A stretch of DNA of 56,306 nt from Dehalococcoidales bacterium (GTDB taxonomy: Bacteria > Chloroflexota > Dehalococcoidia > Dehalococcoidales > UBA2162). The DNA lies in assembly GCA_037440885.1 (NCBI GenBank), contig JBBITI010000019.1, positions 1 to 56,306 of the forward strand. Direction: 5' to 3'. Both the position numbers and the translations under genes were made by a program. The notes under the pieces are model-generated. The model was not told the origin of the DNA. It saw nothing but the letters and a program-made list of their open reading frames with translations, and did not search any database. Positions 1 to 10,353 of the stretch are shown one piece after another (within the stretch, counting starts at the first letter, position 1; each line of letters opens with the position of its first letter).

Positions 1-1
1 T

Positions 2-508
2 GTACCGATTCATGGAGAATACCGGCACCTCCACCTCCACGGCAGACTTGCCGAGTTGGTAGGAGTAGCCCCGGAGAATATCTTTATTCTAGAAGACGGG
101 GATGTGCTGGAATTAAGTCCTCAGGGCGGCCGGAAGACTGAAAAAGTATCCGCCAGCCATGTTTATGTTGACGGGTTAAGTGTAGGCGACATAGACAGCG
201 TCATTCTGCGCGACCGAAAAACACTATCAAAAGACGGTATTGTCATGGTGGTGATCGCCTTGAACAGGCAAACCGGCAAACTGGTCGGCCGTCCCGACAT
301 TACATCACGGGGTTTCATAGACAGTGACGAATCCAAAGACATGATTGAAAAAAGCCGAGACCTGGTCGCTAGAGTCGTCGACCATGGCAGCGAACAAGCA
401 GCCGATTGGGGTTATGTAAGTACGAAAGTCAAAGATTCATTGTCCAGATTCTACTATGAGCAAACACGACGCCGGCCGATGATACTGCCTTTCATGGTAA
501 GCGTTTAA
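2..508 (+). CDS. rnj: Ribonuclease J, C-terminal part (5' end lies outside the window)
   Basis: The frame is open from base 2: VPIHGEYRHLHLHGRLAELVGV...NIFILEDGDVLEL, followed by an RNase J-type C-terminal domain. The track ORF starting at 56 is only an internal TTG. Confidence 0.75.
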   Translation, partial: VPIHGEYRHLHLHGRLAELVGVAPENIFILEDGDVLELSPQGGRKTEKVSASHVYVDGLSVGDIDSVILRDRKTLSKDGIVMVVIALNRQTGKLVGRPDITSRGFIDSDESKDMIEKSRDLVARVVDHGSEQAADWGYVSTKVKDSLSRFYYEQTRRRPMILPFMVSV

Positions 509-530
509 TCAAACTAAAGGGATAACTATA

Positions 531-2801
531 ATGGCACGCAAGAACGCCAGGGTAAGGAATAAACCACGTCCGCTATGGATCCGCTTCTTACGTTTCTGGT
601 TTCGCGTGATTCGCTTTTTCTTCATCCCCCCGGGACTCTTCATCACACTGGCAGCAGCAATTGCCGGTGTCACCTGGTGGCAATGGATAAACATCACCAC
701 CTGGGTTACAAACACTGTAAATACCATCCTGGATATTTTCGGTTGGGGTTTGATCTTCTTATTTCTAGCCATCTTTACAATCACGATACTGGCGATCCGG
801 CGCCGTTTGTCAGCCCTGTGGTACGGATGGCGTTACTGGCTGGCGATCATCGTTTTTATGTTTGCCGCATGGGGGATCCTGGCTTTCTTTGAACTCGGCG
901 GCTTCATCGGTATGGGAGTAATCGGCACGCAGAACTTCATCGGAGGACTGCGGGTCTTCGGAATTATCGTGATCGGCATCATCCTATTAGCACCAATCCC
1001 TTCCTGGAGATTAACACACCGGGTGGCTTCGGGAGCAGTAAACCAGACCAGGAGATGGCGAGCCGCCAGCCCGTCTTTACCCGGCATGAGAACCCAAGAG
1101 CGCGGTTCTGATTTCCGTCCGACCGCTTCACCTCAGAAAACGAAGGATCCAACCGGTAAACCGGAACCATATCAAGTAGCTCCAGTTAAAGCAGAATCGT
1201 CGCGTAACAGCGAGGAAAGACCAAATAAAGAAGAGCTGAAACAGGTCGCCCAGGAAGTTTGGAAAAAATACGGGGAATCACCTTCCACCCTGGTAATTGA
1301 CGGATGGAAACTGCCGCCAACCGACATATTGGATACGTCACCGGAAGTCGTGTTCAGTCAGGCAGACAATACCCGGAGAGCCAGGCTCATCGAGGAAGCA
1401 CTGGAGAGCTATGGTGTTGAAGCTAAAGTTGTCCAGATTAATACCGGACCAACGGTCACCCAGTTCGGGGTCGAACCCGGTTGGGACCGTAAAATGCGCG
1501 AGTTCAAGGAGAAAGACCGCGACGGCCATAACCGCGTGCGCCAGGAAGAGATATCAAAAACCCGGGTAAAGGTGGAACGGATTAATTCCCTGGCGAATGA
1601 TCTCGCATTAGCCCTAGCCGCACCCACAATCCGCATCGAAGCTCCCATCCCCGGACAATCTCTGGTAGGCATCGAAGTCCCCAATACCGTTTCTACCAGT
1701 GTTACTTTACGCGGGGTAATCGAGACCAGCACTTATCAGAAGATGGTAACCAAATCCAAATTAGTCATCGCCCTCGGGAAAGGTGCCGGTGGCGAAGCTG
1801 TCGCCGGGGACCTGGCGCGCATGCCCCATCTGCTTATTGCAGGAGCAACCGGCAGCGGTAAAACAGTCTGCCTGAATACAGTTATCTGCTCACTCCTCCT
1901 AGCAAATACACCTTATGACTTGCGTTTTGTTCTGATCGATCCCAAACGGGTCGAGTTGACCTCATATAACAGCATTCCCCATCTGGTAGCTCCGGTTATC
2001 GTAGAGGCCGAGAAAGCAGTCGAGGCTCTGAGGTGGCTAGCCCAGGAAATGGACCGCCGTTACCAGAGACTACAGGGATCCGGAGCGCGCAGTATTGACG
2101 GCTACAACAAGACCCGGCAGGGAGAACAAAAAATGCCGTACCTTGTCCTGGTAATCGACGAATTAGCCGACCTCATGATGCAGTCCGGTGACGAGGTTGA
2201 AAGAATACTGTGTCGCCTTGCCCAATTATCCCGGGCTGTGGGTATCCACCTGGTAGTAGCTACCCAGAGGCCGTCGGTCGACGTGATTACCGGATTGATA
2301 AAAGCCAACTTTCCCACCCGGATCAGTTTTGCGGTTAGTTCTCAAGTAGATTCCCGGACCATCCTTGACGGGGCCGGCGCAGAAAAACTGCTGGGTAAGG
2401 GAGACATGCTTTACATGCCCCAGGAAGCATCCAAGCCAAAAAGACTACAGGGGTGCTATGTTTCCGATACCGAAATCGAAAGGCTGGCCTATTTCTGGAA
2501 CAACCAGAAGCGGGATAGTCCATCACTGAGGATTGATGCAGTACCGACTGCAGGCAAAGCGATCCCTTCCGGCGGCTCACTCAGACCTACCTCGACTGAC
2601 GACCCCCTCATGGAGGAAGCCCGGATAATCGCCGCCGAACATCCTCAGTTATCAGTCTCCTATCTACAACGGAAATTACGCATCGGTTACAACAGAGCCG
2701 CCAACATCGCAGAAAAATTGCAGCAAGAGGGTTTCGGACCAGAAAAACCGGGCTACGGCAGGCGCAGCACCACTGACGATGATGCGCCAGAAGAAATCTA
2801 A
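531..2801 (+). CDS. ftsK: DNA translocase FtsK/SpoIIIE
   Basis: 756 aa. N-terminal TM segments and a Pro/Ser/Lys-rich linker. Motor domain with Walker A GATGSGKT and LVIDELADLM, plus a C-terminal gamma wHTH (SYLQRKLRIGYNRAA). RBS AAGGGA lies upstream. Confidence 0.95.
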   Translation: MARKNARVRNKPRPLWIRFLRFWFRVIRFFFIPPGLFITLAAAIAGVTWWQWINITTWVTNTVNTILDIFGWGLIFLFLAIFTITILAIRRRLSALWYGWRYWLAIIVFMFAAWGILAFFELGGFIGMGVIGTQNFIGGLRVFGIIVIGIILLAPIPSWRLTHRVASGAVNQTRRWRAASPSLPGMRTQERGSDFRPTASPQKTKDPTGKPEPYQVAPVKAESSRNSEERPNKEELKQVAQEVWKKYGESPSTLVIDGWKLPPTDILDTSPEVVFSQADNTRRARLIEEALESYGVEAKVVQINTGPTVTQFGVEPGWDRKMREFKEKDRDGHNRVRQEEISKTRVKVERINSLANDLALALAAPTIRIEAPIPGQSLVGIEVPNTVSTSVTLRGVIETSTYQKMVTKSKLVIALGKGAGGEAVAGDLARMPHLLIAGATGSGKTVCLNTVICSLLLANTPYDLRFVLIDPKRVELTSYNSIPHLVAPVIVEAEKAVEALRWLAQEMDRRYQRLQGSGARSIDGYNKTRQGEQKMPYLVLVIDELADLMMQSGDEVERILCRLAQLSRAVGIHLVVATQRPSVDVITGLIKANFPTRISFAVSSQVDSRTILDGAGAEKLLGKGDMLYMPQEASKPKRLQGCYVSDTEIERLAYFWNNQKRDSPSLRIDAVPTAGKAIPSGGSLRPTSTDDPLMEEARIIAAEHPQLSVSYLQRKLRIGYNRAANIAEKLQQEGFGPEKPGYGRRSTTDDDAPEEI

Positions 2802-2809
2802 ACGGATTC

Positions 2810-3310
2810 TCAGGTGGACTGCTTTCGTCCGATCTTCACAAAGATCAGGATGAATGCGGCTACAACAACAACCAATATACCGATAACCACCCATAACACT
2901 ACCGGTGCGCTTTTTATTCTCAGTTCATAGCCCTGGATCATCTGGTAATCACCTGAGGTGGCAATAATCCGTAGATGCTGGACACGCCGTTGCGTAGTCG
3001 AAGTGGGATGGAAATATACATCGACTAATCGCACATTCCCCGGTCCGAGCGATGGAACCACATCCGGGCTAAACTCAATTGACCAGCCTTCGATAGTATC
3101 CGCGTCGAGCTGTATATTCGTCAGTGCTTCCCGGCCAAAATTTCTCAATTCGAGGGAGTAGTGGTTATCTCTGCCTGCGGATAATTCCAGTTGATAGCCA
3201 GTGTTCACAAAGGACATCACCAACGCATGTTTTTCTTGAGCTGCGGCATTTTGCGGTAGCAGTAGACAAACGAATAAGAGTAGAAAACACCAGATCATTT
3301 TCTGTTTCAT
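2810..3310 (-). CDS. Secreted, C-terminally membrane-anchored protein with a NEW3/CARDB-like beta-sandwich domain
   Basis: Signal peptide MKQKMIWCFLLLFVCLLLPQNAAAQE. Motif LELRNFGREALTNIQLDADTIEGWSIEFSP resembles NEW3 domains (from recall). C-terminal TM helix. Start moved to the ATG at 3310, which gives a normal signal peptide. Confidence 0.5.
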   Translation of the reverse strand: MKQKMIWCFLLLFVCLLLPQNAAAQEKHALVMSFVNTGYQLELSAGRDNHYSLELRNFGREALTNIQLDADTIEGWSIEFSPDVVPSLGPGNVRLVDVYFHPTSTTQRRVQHLRIIATSGDYQMIQGYELRIKSAPVVLWVVIGILVVVVAAFILIFVKIGRKQST

Positions 3311-3428
3311 GGTTTTACCTGCAACCTTTAAATTCATTATTACCGGAAATTTTCACGATACACCAGATATCTGGTTCTCGGAGTTATGTTAACCAGGAGT
3401 GAAGATCAAGAAAATTCTCCAGTATTTA

Positions 3429-3626
3429 TTACCCGGTTTTCCTTTCCTCCAGCCGCTTCCTCTTATCCTTGTCACTCCGCAATTGGTTGATCCGTTTTAA
3501 AATTGCTTCTTTATAAACACGCCCGATCGATTTACCATGCTGGGGTATCTTTTCCTTCTTTTTTTCCAAGCGTTGCTCACGATTTTCCTGACGGGTAACG
3601 ATTTCTTCTTTCTGCATCTCACTCAT
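3429..3626 (-). CDS. Small highly charged (Lys/Arg/Glu-rich) protein, function unknown
   Basis: 65 aa. Its ATG overlaps the uvrB stop by 8 nt (ATGAGTGA), which suggests translational coupling. No domain recognised. Confidence 0.4.
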   Translation of the reverse strand: MSEMQKEEIVTRQENREQRLEKKKEKIPQHGKSIGRVYKEAILKRINQLRSDKDKRKRLEERKTG

Positions 3627-5712
3627 TCTTATGCTTCCTCGGTATTACTTTCAAAGTCTGATAAACGTTGTCCGGTTCCATTTTAGCAGCTTCTTTACTC
3701 GCTGTTGAAAAATCGACCGGGGTAATCGGCACTAACGGTTCTTCCAATGCCCGGCGTAACTCGATAATACGGTCACGCAATAAAGCAGCTCTCTCAAATT
3801 CCAGATTTTTAGCTGCAGTTCTCATCTGATATTCCAGGTCTTTGATCAACCGGGCAATATCGTCTTTGAGGACAGGTATCGGAGCAGCCTCGTATTGAGC
3901 TTTACTATCGGCAACGACTCTTACTCTATCGGTGATATCTTTGATAGCCTTGCGAATCCCTTGCGGCGTTATACCATGTTCCTCATTATACTTTTCCTGG
4001 ATATGCCGCCGCCGTTGAGTCTCCCGAATCGCCCTCTCCATAGACACAGTCATCCGGTCGGCATACATGATGACATGACCGTCCACATGACGGGCAGCTC
4101 GACCCATCGTTTGAATCAGCGCCCCCTCGGAACGCAAATAACCTTCCTTATCGGCATCCAGAATAGCCACCAGCGACACTTCAGGCAAGTCCAGACCTTC
4201 ACGTAACAGATTAATACCTACCACGACGTCAAACACTCCCAAACGCAGGTCACGCAGTATCTCGACTCTTTCCAGGGTAACCACTTCCGAGTGCAGATAG
4301 TGCGTTTTAACGCCCATTTCCTTCAGGTAATCGGCCAGTTCTTCAGCCATCCGTTTCGTCAAAGTCGTGACCAGGCAGCGTTCGCCGCGGGCTACCCGCT
4401 TTTTAATTTCATCCATCAGATCATCTATCTGGCCTTTAGTCGGTTTGACTTCTATTGTTGGTTCCAGCAGACCGGTTGGCCGGACCAGTTGTTCAATGAT
4501 CTGCTGACTGACACGACGTTCGTGGGGGCTCGGGGTAGCCGAAACATAGATAGTTTGTCGGATACGCTGTTCAAATTCTTCAAAACTCAAGGGCCGGTTA
4601 TCGAGAGCGGAAGGCAGGCGGAACCCGAAGTCAACAAGGGTCTGTTTCCGGGAACGGTCGCCACCGTACATACCGTGTATCTGGGGAATAGACATGTGGG
4701 ATTCATCGATAAAAAGCAAAAAGTCATCCGGGAAATAATCGAGCAGCGTCCATGGTGGACTGCCCGGAAGGCGGTCAGTCAGGTGCCGCGAATAGTTTTC
4801 CACTCCAGAACAATAGCCGGCTTCACGCAACATTTCGATATCATAGTTGGTGCGAGACTCCAGTCGTGCGGCCTCAAGCAGCTTATTTTCCTTCTTTAAT
4901 ACCTCCAACCGGTCCCGCAATTCCTCACGAATCGCTTGAATGGCGCGTTCCAGTTTATCTGGAGAAGTGACGAAGTGTTTTGCGGGGTAAATGGACACCA
5001 TATCAAGAACAGCTATCAATTCTCCGGTTAAAGGATCGATTTCCACAATCCGTTCTACTTCGTCGCCAAAGAATTCGATGCGCAGGGCTAATTCGTCATA
5101 GGCCGGTTGTATCTCGATGGTATCTCCTCGAACCCGGAACTTACCACGGGTAAAGTCGATATCATTCCTTTCGTACTGCATATCTACGAGGCGATGCAAT
5201 AGTTTATAGCGATGATAGGTCTCTCCCTTCTTGATAGTCAACACGAACTTGTAATACTCCTCGGGAGAACCCAGTCCATATATACAGGAGACCGAAGCGA
5301 CGATAATGACATCCCTTCTTTCAAACAGGGCACGAGTCGCAGCATGACGCAACTTGTCGATCTCGTCATTGATGTCCGAGTCTTTTTCGATATACGTATC
5401 TGTTTGTGGTAAATAGGCTTCGGGTTGATAGTAATCGTAATAACTGACGAAATACTCAACCGCATTGTTGGGGAAAAAATCTTTGAACTCGCTATAAAGC
5501 TGAGCTGCAAGCGTCTTATTATGACTGATGATCAAAGTCGGTCTCTGAGCTCGGGCGATGACATTGGCCATCGTAAAGGTTTTTCCGCTGCCGGTAACCC
5601 CGAGGATAGTCTGGTATCTCATTCCCTGCATGAGACCAGCGACCAGCTTCTCAACAGCCTGTGGTTGGTCGCCGGTCATTCTAAATTCGGAGGTTAAATC
5701 AAAATCAGGCAT
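3619..5712 (-). CDS. uvrB: Excinuclease ABC subunit B
   Basis: 697 aa. Walker A GVTGSGKT, helicase motifs, and a C-terminal UVR domain ([20 protein letters not shown]). Confidence 0.97.
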   Translation of the reverse strand: MPDFDLTSEFRMTGDQPQAVEKLVAGLMQGMRYQTILGVTGSGKTFTMANVIARAQRPTLIISHNKTLAAQLYSEFKDFFPNNAVEYFVSYYDYYQPEAYLPQTDTYIEKDSDINDEIDKLRHAATRALFERRDVIIVASVSCIYGLGSPEEYYKFVLTIKKGETYHRYKLLHRLVDMQYERNDIDFTRGKFRVRGDTIEIQPAYDELALRIEFFGDEVERIVEIDPLTGELIAVLDMVSIYPAKHFVTSPDKLERAIQAIREELRDRLEVLKKENKLLEAARLESRTNYDIEMLREAGYCSGVENYSRHLTDRLPGSPPWTLLDYFPDDFLLFIDESHMSIPQIHGMYGGDRSRKQTLVDFGFRLPSALDNRPLSFEEFEQRIRQTIYVSATPSPHERRVSQQIIEQLVRPTGLLEPTIEVKPTKGQIDDLMDEIKKRVARGERCLVTTLTKRMAEELADYLKEMGVKTHYLHSEVVTLERVEILRDLRLGVFDVVVGINLLREGLDLPEVSLVAILDADKEGYLRSEGALIQTMGRAARHVDGHVIMYADRMTVSMERAIRETQRRRHIQEKYNEEHGITPQGIRKAIKDITDRVRVVADSKAQYEAAPIPVLKDDIARLIKDLEYQMRTAAKNLEFERAALLRDRIIELRRALEEPLVPITPVDFSTASKEAAKMEPDNVYQTLKVIPRKHKNE

Positions 5713-5768
5713 CTTTTTACCTTATCGACGATAGCCATCTAAGTGGGGCAAAACGGGGTTTATGGCGA

Positions 5769-6398
5769 TTACCGCCAGGGATTCTTCTCATTTGCAGCAG
5801 TAACGATCAGCCGGGCGGCAACGTCGTTGTTGAGATAACGGGTGTTGACGACTAGATCATATAATATCGGATCATCGAAATCTTTCTGGAAAAAACGTTG
5901 TAAGAAGGCACGCCGACTGGCATCGGTTTCCGTGACATATTCAGATGCGCCACTGCGGTCCAACTGTCTTTCCGACATGATTCTGTGTATCCTGTCTTCA
6001 ACAGGGGCAATTACCAGGACATGTAATACCGATTTATTATTACGCAAAATATGCTGGCTGCCTCGCCCCACAATGACAATGTTTTGTTCCAATGCCAGGT
6101 CCTTGACCACTGCTTCCAGAGCAGATATGTATTCCGCATCGTCGAGAGGTTCTTCCCACGTCCGCGAATAGGCACTTTCAATTCTACGGGAACCGGAGAG
6201 TATATTGCGAATGCGCTCAAACAGACCTGGTGGCATTTTTTCTTTTGCTTCAATCTGCTCTTTCGGTCGATTCAGCAAACCAGCCACTTCGGCAATGACC
6301 TGCCTGTCAACATAATCCCCCTGGATTAACCGGGCAACTTCCCGGCCAATCTCATATGCACCACTCCCTGTTAAGCCTCTTAGCGTGATAACCGGCAT
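5769..6398 (-). CDS. Cytidylate kinase-like family protein (P-loop)
   Basis: 209 aa. N-terminal ITLRGLTGSGAYEIGREVA P-loop. Resembles the cytidylate-kinase-like (AAA_33-type) family. RBS AAGGAGAG. Confidence 0.7.
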   Translation of the reverse strand: MPVITLRGLTGSGAYEIGREVARLIQGDYVDRQVIAEVAGLLNRPKEQIEAKEKMPPGLFERIRNILSGSRRIESAYSRTWEEPLDDAEYISALEAVVKDLALEQNIVIVGRGSQHILRNNKSVLHVLVIAPVEDRIHRIMSERQLDRSGASEYVTETDASRRAFLQRFFQKDFDDPILYDLVVNTRYLNNDVAARLIVTAANEKNPWR

Positions 6399-6684
6399 TT
6401 CTCTCCTTGTTTCACCATAATGTATATATTATTATGCGGTTCGGGGTCAAGAACCATCTACATCACGATCTGGTTTTTTAACATCCGGTTCAAAACGATG
6501 GCTGAAATTAATGATGACAACTGTAATGCCCGAGGTTTGGAAAGATGTACATTAACTCCACATCTTTATTAAGTATAATCAATTGTTGCCGGTCGGATAC
6601 CTGATAGTTGTCCAAAATACCTCAGGAAAATTTAGACATGAAAAAACAACCTGATTGCCCTGAACAACCGCATTATTTTTTTTC

Positions 6685-8028
6685 CTATTTCTCCGGTAAT
6701 TTTCCTACGGAAGAATTACCAAAATAAACCTTGGTATGCGGAAATGGTATTTCGATCCCTTCCTGTTCGAAAGCCTTCACCAATCTTTTTCTGATTTCGC
6801 CCATGACCGCCCATTGCTCTATCGGTTTAGTGTCGCCTGTAATTTTTAACTCAATCCCGGAATCGCCAAGCTTATCTACCCGCAGGACAGCCGGAGTTTT
6901 GATTATTAACGGAGCCCATAGTGATTCTTCAGCCATTTCACTGCATACGCGGTTAGCTACCACGATAGCGCGATCCAGGTCGGTGCCATAAGCAACACTG
7001 ATATTGAGATTGACCCTGGAAAAACCCTTCGTGAAGTCACTGGCGACCGTGATCAATCCGTTTGGGACAGTGTGAACAACACCGTCAATATCTCGAACAA
7101 TTGTTCTTCTCAAATTGATATCTTCAACCAGGCCACGAATACCGGCAATGCTAACAACATCGCCGACCCGGAACTGATTTTCCGTGACAATAAAAAAACC
7201 GGCGATCATATCTTTTACCAGACTCTGAGCGCCAAGACCCACGGCAATACCGACCACCCCTAAACTGGCAAGCGCCGGGGTAATATTGATAAATTCAGAT
7301 AAGATAATAAAAATAGCGATAACAATGATGAATACCTGTAGTGAAGTAAGGATGACTGAAGATAAAGTATTAGTTCTCTTTAGGGCTTCTTCCAGTGACT
7401 GTTCAGGAGGGCGGCGGGATAACAGGACTTTAATACCTTTAGAGACGATCACACCGACAGAAAATAAAACTATGATCGTGACTACAATAACCAGTGTGAT
7501 CCTGGTACCATAGGTCAAAACCCAATTTTTATAGGCATCAGCCTGAATTTCGTAAAGTCCCAGAACAACAAGGCTGGCCGCGATACCGACGATAAAGGGC
7601 GATACTAATCTGATAAAAAAGATGAACCAATCGTCGATCGGAGTATTGGTCCGCGAAATCACCTCCATTTTGAACCAGCGAAATAAGGCGTCGATTGCCA
7701 TACCGATCGCCATCGCTCCAAGTATTATGAAAAACAGGTGAAATACTCTCCTTATGACAAAATCGTAGTCCCCCTGGAAAGGTAAGAATACAAAAGTGAG
7801 ATAACATCCTGCCAGTATGATCAAAACAAAGACAGGCCATTCGACGGCTTTAACGATTAGATCATCAAATTGAGTGCCTGTTTTCCGCGATAAGCGAAAT
7901 AACAACTTTCTTATCAGGAAATAATAAACGAGAGCTAAACCAACAAAAAAGATAATAATAGTGATTGATGTCAGGATATCGCTCAAAAGAATCCGTTCGG
8001 TCAACATTACCTCAACTCCAGGCATCAA
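6685..8028 (-). CDS. Mechanosensitive ion channel, MscS family
   Basis: 447 aa. Several N-terminal TM helices, then the MscS core (ITENQFRVGDVVSIAGIRGLVEDINLRRTIVRDIDGVVHTVPNG). The exact start is uncertain (TTG 8028, ATG 8025 or ATG 8007). Confidence 0.85.
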   Translation of the reverse strand: MMPGVEVMLTERILLSDILTSITIIIFFVGLALVYYFLIRKLLFRLSRKTGTQFDDLIVKAVEWPVFVLIILAGCYLTFVFLPFQGDYDFVIRRVFHLFFIILGAMAIGMAIDALFRWFKMEVISRTNTPIDDWFIFFIRLVSPFIVGIAASLVVLGLYEIQADAYKNWVLTYGTRITLVIVVTIIVLFSVGVIVSKGIKVLLSRRPPEQSLEEALKRTNTLSSVILTSLQVFIIVIAIFIILSEFINITPALASLGVVGIAVGLGAQSLVKDMIAGFFIVTENQFRVGDVVSIAGIRGLVEDINLRRTIVRDIDGVVHTVPNGLITVASDFTKGFSRVNLNISVAYGTDLDRAIVVANRVCSEMAEESLWAPLIIKTPAVLRVDKLGDSGIELKITGDTKPIEQWAVMGEIRKRLVKAFEQEGIEIPFPHTKVYFGNSSVGKLPEK

Positions 8029-8147
8029 TGAGGTATTGCGTTTTTCTATAAATAAACATATATTATTACAAGCGTATTACATACTGTCAAAAATGATACA
8101 AATCTCACCAGAATCAAGGCTAGAAGAGAGACGGGGAGATACAAAGA

Positions 8148-8633
8148 ATGCACTGGCTGGATATCGTTCTCATAGTAATCCTGTTGATTAATGTTATTTT
8201 CGGATTCTGGCAGGGATTTATCCGGGCTTGTTTTTCTCTCGCCGGTATCGTGATCGGTATTATCCTGGCCAGTAACTATTATTCTTCTCTGGCGGAATCA
8301 CTCGGTTTTATTTCAAATCCCGGTACTGCAAACATCGTAGCTTTCGTACTCATCATGATCGCCGTCTCGGTCGTGGCGATGATTACTGCATTGCTACTGA
8401 GAAAGCTACTGGAAGTGATCAAGCTGGGTTGCATTGATCGAATCGCCGGGGGCATCCTGGGACTGATCATCGGTACGCTTTTCCTGGGAGCTTTGCTAGC
8501 CGGCATCGTCAAATTTGTCGGTCAGGGAATTGTTACCGACTCCCTTATCGCCAGGTTCCTGCTGGACAGATTTCCCCTGATCCTCAGTCTTCTACCCAAC
8601 GAATTCAAGGTTATCCGGGATTTCTTCAAGTAA
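8148..8633 (+). CDS. cvpA: CvpA-family membrane protein
   Basis: 161 aa with 4 TM segments. N-terminus MHWLDIVLIVILLINVIFGFWQGFIR is typical of CvpA. Confidence 0.8.
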   Translation: MHWLDIVLIVILLINVIFGFWQGFIRACFSLAGIVIGIILASNYYSSLAESLGFISNPGTANIVAFVLIMIAVSVVAMITALLLRKLLEVIKLGCIDRIAGGILGLIIGTLFLGALLAGIVKFVGQGIVTDSLIARFLLDRFPLILSLLPNEFKVIRDFFK

Positions 8634-8660
8634 TTCAACCGCCGTTTATCATGAGACATC

Positions 8661-9104
8661 TTAATCGACTTCAAGCAAGGTAAAACCACTTTTATGATCG
8701 TGCCGTCGGGCGATATCAACCCCGGTGATCTCATAAAGGACCGCTTCACCCACCAACCAGGTTCGGATACCGGGACGTAAACACCCGGTCATAGTTTGAC
8801 CGGAACGTCCGAGCGATCCATGGATATGGAGAACCGGTTTTTTCCCCTCCCCCAGCGCAAGCAACCCGACTGCCACGACTTCGTGGGCGCCATCTACGGG
8901 GAGCAGCATGGGGAGAGGCGGCATCTCATGCGAATTCCGGGGGCCGACAACGATTTCACCACTCCCCATTCCACCTATAAGAAACACCAGCGCTGTATCC
9001 ACGTGTTTATCTTCGGCAAACCGTTCAATACAGCTCGGAACGACATCGCCGTCTTCCAGACGTAGTATAAACACTCTACCGGTACTACCCTGGGTTGCTT
9101 TCAT
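8661..9104 (-). CDS. PPC (DUF296) domain protein
   Basis: 147 aa. GRVFILRLEDGDVVPSCIERFAEDKHV...HIHGSLG pattern of the PPC/DUF296 fold (from recall). Confidence 0.7.
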   Translation of the reverse strand: MKATQGSTGRVFILRLEDGDVVPSCIERFAEDKHVDTALVFLIGGMGSGEIVVGPRNSHEMPPLPMLLPVDGAHEVVAVGLLALGEGKKPVLHIHGSLGRSGQTMTGCLRPGIRTWLVGEAVLYEITGVDIARRHDHKSGFTLLEVD

Positions 9105-9264
9105 ACAAATCCTCGCATCAGTAAAATTTTACCCTGAGTATACCTGCTGATACTCTGTGTATCAATGCCTGCAAGCATATAATCGATTTTCAACAAGTGA
9201 GTCGACAGGACAATAGTGATATAATGAATCTGCCAGCATCAACAATCAGGAGGAAGTTCATTTA

Positions 9265-10215
9265 ATGGATGAATTAAAGATATTCACCGGCAACGCCCAC
9301 CCCGAACTTGCCCGGAATGTTGTTGACTACCTTGGTATCCCATTAGGCAAATGCGAGGTTTTTCAGTTCACTAATGAAAACATATTCGTGCGGATTCTGG
9401 AAAATGTCCGCTCCCGTGATACTTTCGTGATTCAACCGCTTGCTTCGCCGGTAAACCAGCACCTGGTGGAACTGCTGATCATGCTGGATGCCCTCAAACG
9501 GGCATCCGCAGAACGGATTACTGCAGTAATACCTTATTACGCGTACGGACGATCGGACCGAAAAGACCAGCCGCGCATCCCGATTACTGCCCGGTTACTG
9601 GCCGACCTGTTAACCGTTGCCGGCGCCAATCGTTTTCTTACCGTAGACCTGCACTCCGCCCAAATCCAGGGTTTCTTCAACATTCCGGTTGATGAGCTTA
9701 CAGGTATGTACTTGCTGGTGGATTATTTTAAAAAGAAATCGTTCGGGGATGACCTTGTCGTTGTCGCCGCCGATATCGGTATTTCCAGGCGAGCACGGGA
9801 TGTTGCCGATCGTTTGCATTCTCCGCTAGCTATCATGGAAAAACGACGGCCTGGTAATGACGGCCGCACCAGGATCATGACCGTTATTGGAGAGGTTAAG
9901 AACAAGGTTGCCCTCATCGTCGACGACGAGATCGACACCGCCGGCACATTGAGTAATAACGTCGATGCCCTGATCGAGAGAGGCGTAAAAGAAGTCTACT
10001 TCTGCGCTACTCACGCTGTCTGCTCCGGCCAGGCAATCGAACGAATAATAAAATCTCCGGTGAAAGAGGTCGTTGTTACCGATACTCTTCCCATAACGAA
10101 AAATAAAATCGACAAATTCACTGTTCTAAATATCGCGCCAGTGCTGGGAGAAGCAATTCACCGGATCCATACCGGACAATCGATCGGCGAGATGTTTAAC
10201 AGCGGCAAACAGTGA
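9265..10215 (+). CDS. prs: Ribose-phosphate pyrophosphokinase
   Basis: 316 aa. KIFTGNAHPELA, the AVIPYYAYGRSDRK flexible loop, and the PRPP-binding loop ALIVDDEIDTAGT. RBS AGGAGGA. Confidence 0.95.
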   Translation: MDELKIFTGNAHPELARNVVDYLGIPLGKCEVFQFTNENIFVRILENVRSRDTFVIQPLASPVNQHLVELLIMLDALKRASAERITAVIPYYAYGRSDRKDQPRIPITARLLADLLTVAGANRFLTVDLHSAQIQGFFNIPVDELTGMYLLVDYFKKKSFGDDLVVVAADIGISRRARDVADRLHSPLAIMEKRRPGNDGRTRIMTVIGEVKNKVALIVDDEIDTAGTLSNNVDALIERGVKEVYFCATHAVCSGQAIERIIKSPVKEVVVTDTLPITKNKIDKFTVLNIAPVLGEAIHRIHTGQSIGEMFNSGKQ

Positions 10216-10353
10216 AAACGCCCGCTGAACCATAAACCGTCAACACACTTACAGTACGGTAATAATTGATGCGATGATATTTGAACTAGAAACAGCAATT
10301 TGATGCATTCAAAGAACAATTACCAAAAAAAATAATAATTTACAGGGAAAGAA

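Noticed and set aside
3362-3375. Perfect 14-nt palindrome ACCAGATATCTGGT between the small charged ORF and the NEW3-like gene.
   Set aside because: The stem would leave only a 2-nt loop and there is no T-tract, so it is not a convincing terminator. With a single copy and no partner regulator, an operator role cannot be supported.
4291-4899. Long ORFs antisense to or embedded in confident genes. This 202-aa ORF lies inside uvrB. Others are 11797..12330 in secA, 18559..19050 in valS/coaBC, 24185..24790 opposite corA, 46319..46867 in SBP1 and 52482..53120 in the panE-like gene.
   Set aside because: They overlap strongly supported CDS on the opposite strand. Their products are Arg/Ser/Pro-biased with no motifs, and they lack RBSs. 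These are typical shadow ORFs.
6416-6436. AT-rich palindrome CATAAT-gtatatatt-ATTATG. On the minus strand it reads ACCGCATAA..., reminiscent of the XerC arm of a dif site, and ftsK is nearby.
   Set aside because: Only one arm resembles dif (CGCATAA). The spacing to a TTATG-type second arm is wrong for a 6-8 nt central region. It sits about 20 nt upstream of a gene start, where an AT-rich promoter is expected. Proximity to ftsK carries no positional meaning for dif.
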